64,000 bases of DNA from Balanoglossus misakiensis (Eukaryota; Animalia; Hemichordata): NCBI GenBank assembly GCA_040954595.2, contig CM082590.2, forward strand, positions 3,844,001-3,908,000. Reading direction: 5' to 3'. Positions 53,401-64,000 of this stretch are shown here, piece after piece (position 1 is the first letter of the stretch; each line of letters opens with the position of its first letter). A program made the translations under genes and the position numbers. The notes beneath the pieces are model-generated. The model saw only the letters and a program-made list of their open reading frames with translations, did no database searches and was not told the origin of the DNA.

Positions 53401-56400
53401 TAGTTCTAAAATTTCCATGGTTGCTTCCAAACAGCCTCGTTTATTTACCGAATTCTGTTGTTAGGCGCAGAACACGTAATAGTCCTATGCGCATAAGAAA
53501 GTTTTCCACCAGACTCTGTAGATCGACGGATAGTTCTGAAATGTCCATGATTGCTTCCAAACACATCCTCGATTGTTTACAAAATTCTGTTGTGATGCGC
53601 AGAACACATATATAGGCCTATGCGCATATGAACGTTTTCCACTATACTCCGTAGATCGAGAGATAGTTCTAGAATTTCCATGTTTGCTTCCAAACAAAGC
53701 CTCGTTTGTTTACAAAATTATGTTGTGATGTGCATAACACATGATAGGCCTATGCGCATATGAACGTTTTCCACTATACTCTGTAGATCGAGAGATAGTT
53801 CTAGAATTTTCATGTTTGCTTCCAAACAGCATCATTTATTTACGGAATTCTGTTTTGAGGCGCAGAACACATAGATTGGCATATGTGCATAAGAAAGTTT
53901 TCCACTATAGACTCTGTAGATCGACGGATAGTTCTGAAATGTCCATGATTGCTTCCAAACACATCCTCGATTGTTTACAAAATTCTGTTGTGATGCGCAG
54001 AACACATATATAGGCCTATGCGCATAAGAATGTTTTCCACTAGACTCTGTAGATCGACGGATAGTTGTAAAATTTCCATGGTTGCTTCCAAACAGCCTCG
54101 TTTATTTACCGATTTCTGTTGTGAGGCGCAGAACACATGATAGGCCTATGCGCATGAGAATTTTTTCCGCTGGACTCTGTAGATCGAGAGATAGTTCTAA
54201 AATTTCCATGGTTGCTTCCAAACACTGCCTCGTTTGTTTTCAACATTTTGTTGTGATGCGCAGAACACATAGATAGGCCTATGCGCATAAGAACGTTTTC
54301 CACTAGACTCTGTAGATCGACGGATAGCTTTAAAATTTCCATGGTTGCTTCCAAACAGCCTCGTTTATTTACCGATTTCTGTTGTGAGGCGCAGAACACA
54401 TGATAGGCCTATGCGCATAAGACATTTTTCCACTAGACTCTGTAGATCGACGGATAGTTCTAAAATTTCCATGGTTGCTTCCAAACAGCGTCGTTTATTT
54501 ACCGAATTCTGTTGTGAGGCGCAGAACACGTAATAGGCCTATGTGCATTAGAAAGTTTTCCACCAGACTCTGTAGATCGACGGATAGTTGTAAAATTTCC
54601 ATGGTTGCTTCATAATACAGCCTCGTTTATTTACCGATTTCTGTTGTGATGCGCATAACACAGATAGGCCTATGCGCATAAGAACGTTTTCCACTAGACT
54701 CTGTAGATCTACGGATAGTTGTAAAATTTCTATGGTTGCTTCCAAACAGCCTCGTTTATTTACCGAATTCTGTTGTGATGCGTAGAACACATAAATATGG
54801 CTATGCGCATAAGAAGGTTTTCCATTAGACTCCGTAGATCGACCGATAGTTCTAAAATTTCCATGGTTGCTTCCAAACAAAGCCTCGTTTTTTTACAAAA
54901 TTCTGTTGTGATGTGCATAACACATATATAGGCCTATGCGCATAAGAACGTTTTCCACCAGACTCTGTAGATCGACGGATAGCTGTAAAATTTCCATGTT
55001 TGCTTCCAAACAGCCTCGTTTATTTACAGAATTCTGTTTTGAGGCACAGAACACATAGATAGGCATTTGTGCATAAGAAAGTTTTCCACTATAGACACTG
55101 TAGATCGAGAGATAGTTCTAAAATTTCCATGGTTGCTTCCAAACACAGCCTCGTTTGTTTACAAAATTCTGTTGTGATGCGCAGAACACATATATAGGCC
55201 TATGCGCATAAGAACGTTTTCCACTAGACTCTGTAGATCGACGGATAGTTGCAAAATTACCATGGTTGCTTCCAAACAGCCTCGTTTCTTTACCGATTTC
55301 TGTTGTGAGGCGCAGAACACATGATAGGCCTATGCGCATTAGAAATTTTTCCACTGGACTCTGTAGATCGAGAGATAGTTCTAAAATTTCCATGGTTGCT
55401 TCCAAACACTGCCTCGTTTGTTTTCAACATTTTGTTGTGATGCGCAGAACACATAGATAGGCCTATGCGCATAAGAACGTTTTCCACTAGAATCTGTAGA
55501 TCGACGGATAGCTGTAAAATTTCCATGGTTGCTTCCAAACAGCCTCGTTTATTTACCGATTTCTGTTGTGAGGCGCAGAACACATGATAGGCCTATGCGC
55601 ATATGAACGTTTTCCACTATACTCTGTTGATCGAGAGATAGTTCTAAAATTCCATGTTTGCTTCCAAACAGCCTCGTTTATTTACGGAATTCTGTTTTGA
55701 GGCGCAGAACACATGATAGGCCTATGCGCATAAGAAAGTTTTCCACTAGACTCTGTAGATCGACGGATGGTTCTAAAATTTCCATGGTTGCTTCCAAACA
55801 GCCTCGTTTATTTACCGATTTCTGTTGTGAGGCGCAGAACACATGATAGGCCTATGCGCATATGAACGTTTTCCACTATACTCTGTTGATCGAGAGATAG
55901 TTCTAAAATTCCATGTTTGCTTCCAAACAGCCTCGTTTATTTACGGAATTCTGTTTTGAGGCGCAGAACACATAAATATGGCTATGCGCATAAGAAGGTT
56001 TTCCACTATAGACTCTGTAGATCGAGAGATAGTTCTAAAATTTCCATGGTTGCTTCCAAACACAGCCTCGTTTGTTTACAAAACTCTGTTGTGATGCGCA
56101 GAACACATATATAGGCCTATGCGCATAAGAACGTTTTCCACCAGACTCTGTAGATCGACGGATAGCTGTAAAATTTCCATGTTTGCTTCCAAACAGCCTC
56201 GTTTATTTACAGAATTCTGTTTTGAGGCACAGAACACATAGATAGGCATTTGTGCATAAGAAAGTTTTCCACTGTAGACTCTGTAGATCGAGAGATAGTT
56301 CTAAAATTTCCATGGTTGCTTCCAAACACAGCCTCGTTTGTTTACAAAATTCTGTTGTGATGCGCAGAACACATATATAGGCCTATGCGCATAAGAACGT

Positions 56401-59400
56401 TTTCCACTAGACTCTGTAGATCGACGGATAGTTGTAAAATTACCATGGTTGCTTCCAAACAGCCTCGTTTCTTTACCGATTTCTGTTGTGAGGCGCAGAA
56501 CACATGATAGGCCTATGCGCATTAGAAATTTTTCCACTGGACTCTGTAGATCGAGAGATAGTTCTAAAATTTCCATGGTTGCTTCCAAACACTGCCTCGT
56601 TTGTTTTCAACATTTTGTTGTGATGCGCAGAACACATAGATAGGCCTATGCGCATAAGAACGTTTTCCACTAGAATCTGTAGATCGACGGATAGCTGTAA
56701 AATCTCCATGGTTGCTTCCAAACAGCCTCGTTTATTTAACGAATTCTGTTGTGAGGCGCAGAGCACGTAATAGGCCTATGCGCATAAGAAAGTTTTCCAC
56801 CAGAGTCTGTAGATCGACGGATAGTTGTAAAATTTCCATGGTTGCTTCCAAACAGCCTCGTTTATTTACCGATTTCTGTTTTGAGGCGCAGAACACATGA
56901 TAGGCCTATGCGCATAAGAAAGTTTTCCACTAGACTCTGTAGATCGACGGATGGTTCTAAAATTTCCATGGTTGCTTCCAAACAGCCTCGTTTATTTACC
57001 GATTTCTGTTGTGAGGCGCAGAACACATGATAGGCCTATGCGCATATGAACGTTTTCCACTATACTCTGTTGATCGAGAGATAGTTCTAAAATTCCATGT
57101 TTGCTTCCAAACAGCCTCGTTTATTTACGGAATTCTGTTTTGAGGCGCAGAACACATAAATATGGCTATGCGCATAAGAAGGTTTTCCACTATAGACTCT
57201 GTAGATCGAGAGATAGTTCTAAAATTTCCATGGTTGCTTCCAAACACAGCCTCGTTTGTTTACAAAACTCTGTTGTGATGCGCAGAACACATATATAGGC
57301 CTATGCGCATAAGAACGTTTTCCACCAGACTCTGTAGATCGACGGATAGCTGTAAAATTTCCATGTTTGCTTCCAAACAGCCTCGTTTATTTACAGAATT
57401 CTGTTTTGAGGCACAGAACACATAGATAGGCATTTGTGCATAAGAAAGTTTTCCACTGTAGACTCTGTAGATCGAGAGATAGTTCTAAAATTTCCATGGT
57501 TGCTTCCAAACACAGCCTCGTTTGTTTACAAAATTCTGTTGTGATGCGCAGAACACATATATAGGCCTATGCGCATAAGAACGTTTTCCACTAGACTCTG
57601 TAGATCGACGGATAGTTGTAAAATTACCATGGTTGCTTCCAAACAGCCTCGTTTCTTTACCGATTTCTGTTGTGAGGCGCAGAACACATGATAGGCCTAT
57701 GCGCATTAGAAATTTTTCCACTGGACTCTGTAGATCGAGAGATAGTTCTAAAATTTCCATGGTTGCTTCCAAACACTGCCTCGTTTGTTTTCAACATTTT
57801 GTTGTGATGCGCAGAACACATAGATAGGCCTATGCGCATAAGAACGTTTTCCACTAGAATCTGTAGATCGACGGATAGCTGTAAAATCTCCATGGTTGCT
57901 TCCAAACAGCCTCGTTTATTTACCGAATTCTGTTGTGAGGCGCAGAGCACGTAATAGGCCTATGCGCATAAGAAAGTTTTCCACCAGACTCTGTAGATCG
58001 ACGGATAGTTGTAAAATTTCCATGGTTGCTTCCAAACAGCCTCGTTTATTTACCGATTTCTGTTGTGAGGCGCAGAACACATGATAGGCCTATGCGCATA
58101 TGAACGTTTTCCACTATACTCTGTTGATCGAGAGATAGTTCTAAAATTTCCATGTTTGCTTCCAAACAGCCTCGTTTATTTACGGAATTCTGTTTTGAGG
58201 CGCAGAACACATAGATAGGCATATGTGCATAAGAAAGTTTTCCACTATAGACTCTGTAGATCGAGAGATAGTTCTAAAATATCCATGGTTGCTTCCAAAC
58301 ACAGCCTCGTTTGTTTACAAAATTCTGTTGTGATGCGCAGAACACATATATAGGCCTATGCGCATAAGAACGTTTTCCACTAGACTCTGTAGATCGACGG
58401 ATAGTTGTAAAATTTCCATGGTTGCTTCCAAACAACCTCGTTTCTTTACCGATTTCTGTTGTGAGGCGCAGAACACATGATAGGCCTATGCGCATTAGAA
58501 ATTTTTCCACTGGACTCTGTAGATCGAGAGATAGCTCTAAAATTTCCATGGTTGCTTCCAAACACTGCCTCGTTTGTTTTCAACATTTTGTTGTGATGCG
58601 CAGAACACATAGATAGGCCTATGCGCATAAGAACGTTTTCCACTAGAATCTGTAGATCGACGGATAGCTGTAAAATTTCCATGGTTGCTTCCAAACAGCC
58701 TCGTTTATTTACCGATTTCTGTTGTGAGGCGCAGAACACATGATAGGCCTATGCGCATATGAACGTTTTCCACTATACTCTGTTGATCGAGAGATAGTTC
58801 TAAAATTTCCATGTTTGCTTCCAAACAGCCTCGTTTATTTACGGAATTCAGTTTTGAGGCGCAGAACACATAGATAGGCATATGTGCATAAGAAAGTTTT
58901 CCACTATAGACTCTGTAGATCGAGAGATAGTTCTAAAATTTCCATGGTTGCTTCCAAACACAGCCTCGTTTGTTTACAAAATTCTGTTGTGATGCGCAGA
59001 ACACATATATAGGCCTATGCGCATAAGAACGTTTTCCACTAGACTCTGTAGATCGACGGATAGCTGTAAAATTTCCATGGTAGCTTCCGAACTGCCTCGT
59101 TTATTTACCGATTTCTGTTGTGAGGCGCAGAACACATGATAGGCCTATGCGCATAAGACATTTTTCCACCAGACTCTGTAGATCGACGGATAGCTGTAAA
59201 ATTTCCATGTTTGCTTCCAAACAGCCTCGTTTATTTACAGAATTCTGTTTTGAGGCACAGAACACATAGATAGGCATTTGTGCATAAGAAAGTTTTCCAC
59301 TGTAGACTCTGTAGATCGAGAGATAGTTCTAAAATTTCCATGGTTGCTTCCAAACACAGCCTCGTTTGTTTACAAAATTCTGTTGTGATGCGCAGAACAC

Positions 59401-62400
59401 ATATATAGGCCTATGCGCATAAGAACGTTTTCCACTAGACTCTGTAGATCGACGGATAGTTGTAAAATTACCATGGTTGCTTCCAAACAGCCTCGTTTCT
59501 TTACCGATTTCTGTTGTGAGGCGCAGAACACATGATAGGCCTATGCGCATTAGAAATTTTTCCACTGGACTCTGTAGATCGAGAGATAGTTCTAAAATTT
59601 CCATGGTTGCTTCCAAACACTGCCTCGTTTGTTTTCAACATTTTGTTGTGATGCGCAGAACACATAGATAGGCCTATGCGCATAAGAACGTTTTCCACTA
59701 GAATCTGTAGATCGACGGATAGCTGTAAAATCTCCATGGTTGCTTCCAAACAGCCTCGTTTATTTACCGAATTCTGTTGTGAGGCGCAGAGCACGTAATA
59801 GGCCTATGCGCATAAGAAAGTTTTCCACCAGACTCTGTAGATCGACGGATAGTTGTAAAATTTCCATGGTTGCTTCCAAACAGCCTCGTTTATTTACCGA
59901 TTTCTGTTGTGAGGCGCAGAACACATGATAGGCCTATGCGCATATGAACGTTTTCCACTATACTCTGTTGATCGAGAGATAGTTCTAAAATTTCCATGTT
60001 TGCTTCCAAACAGCCTCGTTTATTTACGGAATTCTGTTTTGAGGCGCAGAACACATAGATAGGCATATGTGCATAAGAAAGTTTTCCACTATAGACTCTG
60101 TAGATCGAGAGATAGTTCTAAAATATCCATGGTTGCTTCCAAACACAGCCTCGTTTGTTTACAAAATTCTGTTGTGATGCGCAGAACACATATATAGGCC
60201 TATGCGCATAAGAACGTTTTCCACTAGACTCTGTAGATCGACGGATAGCTGTAAAATTTCCATGGTAGCTTCCGAACTGCCTCGTTTATTTACCGATTTC
60301 TGTTGTGAGGCGCAGAACACATGATAGGCCTATGCGCATAAGACATTTTTCCACTAGACTCTGTAGATCGACGGATAGTTCTAAAATTTCCATGGTTGCT
60401 TCCAAACAGCCTCGTTTATTTACGGAATTCTGTTTTGAGGCGCAGAACACATAGATAGGCATATGTGCATAAGAAAGTTTTCCACTATAGACTCTGTAGA
60501 TCGAGAGATAGTTCTAAAATATCCATGGTTGCTTCCAAACACAGCCTCGTTTGTTTACAAAATTCTGTTGTGATGCGCAGAACATATATATAGGCCTATG
60601 CGCATAAGAACGTTTTCCACTAGACTCTGTAGATCGACGGATAGTTGTAAAATTTCCATGGTTGCTTCCAAACAGCCTCGTTTCTTTACCGATTTCTGTT
60701 GTGAGGCGCAGAACACATGATAGGCCTATGCGCATTAGAAATTTTTCCACTGGACTCTGTAGATCGAGAGATAGTTCTAAAATTTCCATGGTTGCTTCCA
60801 AACACTGCCTCGTTTGTTTTCAACATTTTGTTGTGATGCGCAGAACACATAGATAGGCCTATGCGCATAAGAACGTTTTCCACTAGAATCTGTAGATCGA
60901 CGGATAGCTGTAAAATTTCCATGGTTGCTTCCAAACAGCCTCGTTTATTTACCGATTTCTGTTGTGAGGCGCAGAACACATGATAGGCCTATGCGCATAT
61001 GAACGTTTTCCACTATACTCTGTTGATCGAGAGATAGTTCTAAAATTTCCATGTTTGCTTCCAAACAGCCTCGTTTATTTACGGAATTCAGTTTTGAGGC
61101 GCAGAACACATAGATAGGCATATGTGCATAAGAAAGTTTTCCACTATAGACTCTGTAGATCGAGAGATAGTTCTAAAATTTCCATGGTTGCTTCCAAACA
61201 CAGCCTCGTTTGTTTACAAAATTCTGTTGTGATGCGCAGAACACATATATAGGCCTATGCGCATAAGAACGTTTTCCACTAGACTCTGTAGATCGACGGA
61301 TAGCTGTAAAATTTCCATGGTAGCTTCCGAACTGCCTCGTTTATTTACCGATTTCTGTTGTGAGGCGCAGAACACATGATAGGCCTATGCGCATAAGACA
61401 TTTTTCCACTAGACTCTGTAGATCGACGGATAGTTCTAAAATTTCCATGGTTGCTTCCAAACAGCCTCGTTTATTTACCGAATTCTGTTGTGAGGCGCAG
61501 AACACGTAATAGGCCTATGCGCATTAGAAAGTTTTCCACCACACTCTGTAGATCGACGGATAGTTCTAAAATTTCCATGGTTGCTTCCAAACAGCCTCGT
61601 TTATTTACCGAATTCTGTTGTGAGGCGCAGAACACGTAATAGGCCTATGCGCATAAGAAAGTTTTCCACCAGACTCTGTAGATCGACGGATAGTTGTAAA
61701 ATTACCATGGTTGCTTCCAAACAGCCTCGTTTCTTTACCGATTTCTGTTGTGAGGCGCAGAACACATGATAGGCCTATGCGCATTAGAAATTTTTCCACT
61801 GGACTCTGTAGATCGAGAGATAGTTCTAAAATTTCCATGGTTGCTTCCAAACACTGCCTCGTTTGTTTTCAACATTTTGTTGTGATGCGCAGAACACATA
61901 GTTAGGCCTATGCGCATAAGAACGTTTTCCACTAGAATCTGTAGATCGACGGATAGCTGTAAAATATCCATGGTTGCTTCCAAACAGCCTCGTTTATTTA
62001 CCGAATTCTGTTGTGAGGCGCAGAGCACGTAATAGGCCTATGCGCATAAGAAAGTTTTCCACCAGACTCTGTAGATCGACGGATAGTTGTAAAATTTCCA
62101 TGGTTGCTTCCAAACAGCCTCGTTTATTTACCGATTTCTGTTGTGAGGCGCAGAACACATGATAGGCCTATGCGCATATGAACGTTTTCCACTATACTCT
62201 GTTGATCGAGAGATAGTTCTAAAATTTCCATGTTTGCTTCCAAACAGCCTCGTTTATTTACGGAATTCTGTTTTGAGGCGCAGAACACATAGATAGGCAT
62301 ATGTGCATAAGAAAGTTTTCCACTATAGACTCTGTAGATCGAGAGATAGTTCTAAAATATCCATGGTTGCTTCCAAACACAGCCTCGTTTGTTTACAAAA

Positions 62401-64000
62401 TTCCGTTGTGATGCGCAGAACACATATATAGGCCTATGCGCATAAGAACGTTTTCCACTAGACTCTGTAGATCGACGGATAGTTGTAAAATTTCCATGGT
62501 TGCTTCCAAACAGCCTCGTTTCTTTACCGATTTCTGTTGTGAGGCGCAGAACACATGATAGGCCTATGCGCATTAGAAATTTTTCCACTGGACTCTGTAG
62601 ATCGAGAGATAGTTCTAAAATTTCCATGGTTGCTTCCAAACACTGCCTCGCTTGTTTTCAACATTTTGTTGTGATGCGCAGAACACATAGATAGGCCTAT
62701 GCGCATAAGAACGTTTTCCACTAGAATCTGTAGATCGACGGATAGCTGTAAAATTTCCATGGTTGCTTCCAAACAGCCTCGTTTATTTACCGATTTCTGT
62801 TGTGAGGCGCAGAACACATGATAGGCCTATGCGCATATGAACGTTTTCCACTATACTCTGTTGATCGAGAGATAGTTCTAAAATTTCCATGTTTGCTTCC
62901 AAACAGCCTCGTTTATTTACGGAATTCAGTTTTGAGGCGCAGAACACATAGATAGGCATATGTGCATAAGAAAGTTTTCCACTATAGACTCTGTAGATCG
63001 AGAGATAGTTCTAAAATTTCCATGGTTGCTTCCAAACACAGCCTCGTTTGTTTACAAAATTCTGTTGTGATGCGCAGAACACATATATAGGCCTATGCGC
63101 ATAAGAACGTTTTCCACTAGACACTGTAGATCGACGGATAGCTGTAAAATTTCCATGGTTGCTTCCGAACTGCCTCGTTTATTTACCGATTTCTGTTGTG
63201 AGGCGCAGAACACATGATAGGCCTATGCGCATAAGACATTTTTCCACTAGACTCTGTAGATCGACGGATAGTTCTAAAATTTCCATGGTTGCTTCCAAAC
63301 AGCCTCGTTTATTTACCGAATTCTGTTGTGAGGCGCAGAACACGTAATAGGCCTATGCGCATTAGAAAGTTTTCCACCACACTCTGTAGATCGACGGATA
63401 GTTCTAAAATTTCCATGGTTGCTTCCAAACAGCCTCGTTTATTTACCGAATTCTGTTGTGAGGCGCAGAACACGTAATAGGCCTATGCGCATAAGAAAGT
63501 TTTCCACCAGACTCTGTAGATCGACGGATAGTTGTAAAATTTCCATGGTTGCTTCCAAACAACCTCGTTTATTTACCGATTTCTGTTGTGAGGCGCAGAA
63601 CACATAGATAGGCCTATGCGCATAAGAAACTTTTCAACTTTAGATCAACGGATAGTTCTAAAATTTCCATGGTTGTTTCCAAACAGCCTCGTTTATTTAC
63701 CGAATTCTGTTGTGATGCGTAGAACACATACATATGCCTATGCGCATAAGAAAGTTTTCAACTAGACTCCGTAGATCGACAAATAGTTCTAAAATGTCCA
63801 TGGTTGCTTCCAAACAAAGCCTCGTTTGTTTACAAAATTCTGTTGTGATGCGCAGAACACATAGATAGGCCTATGCGCATATGACCGTTTTCCACTATAC
63901 TGTGTTGATCGAGAGATAGTTCTAAAATTTCCATGTTTGCTTCCAAACAGCCTCGTTTATTTACGGAATTCTGTTTTGAGGCGCAAAACACATAGATAGG
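44457..64000. repeat. ~131-bp satellite, distal block (runs off the window) with variable higher-order repeats
   Basis: Continuous 130-133-bp monomers; recurrence offsets 788, 1053-1055, 1183-1185, 1704-1711, 1838, 2236-2243 and 4604 bp read from the ORF track. Confidence 0.97.

Noticed and set aside
38716-64000. Dozens of 60-140-aa ORFs, and a possible CRISPR-like array
   Set aside because: They are translations of one tandem monomer; there are no unique spacers and no cas genes, and the DNA is eukaryotic.
1-64000. tRNA, rRNA or snRNA genes
   Set aside because: No recognisable RNA-gene sequence seen by eye; a covariance-model search was not possible.

Overview
AT-rich, intron-containing animal DNA (invertebrate, possibly a deuterostome; inferred only from repeat style and protein motifs). 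I can support no intact protein-coding gene. The window looks like a euchromatin-to-satellite transition. (1) 8.4-28.5 kb, minus strand: a dead mosaic gene in which MED25-like exons (VWA fragment, Q/P/S-rich linker exons, Q-rich C-terminal exons) flank four calcium-binding EGF exons. (2) About 14.2-22.4 kb, inside an intron of that mosaic: a decayed AcademX-type DNA transposon (DDE transposase + XPG/PIN nuclease + Cys-rich CXC finger). It carries an OTU deubiquitinase-like domain, with intact catalytic motifs, inserted in frame inside the DDE core; this is the most interesting object here. The ORF is interrupted by a Transib-like MITE (CACAGT ends, 5-bp TSD) and a Helentron-type HINE. (3) Many nested non-autonomous elements: Kolobok, Harbinger, Tc1/mariner, P/hAT-like, HINEs and hairpin-ended Crypton-like repeats, plus a 5.8-kb TATGG-ended foldback element whose right arm holds two inverted copies of left-arm sequence. 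(4) 38.7-64 kb: a ~131-bp satellite with layered higher-order repeats, broken once by a Gypsy-like protease fragment. Nearly all short ORFs in the supplied track are repeat artefacts.
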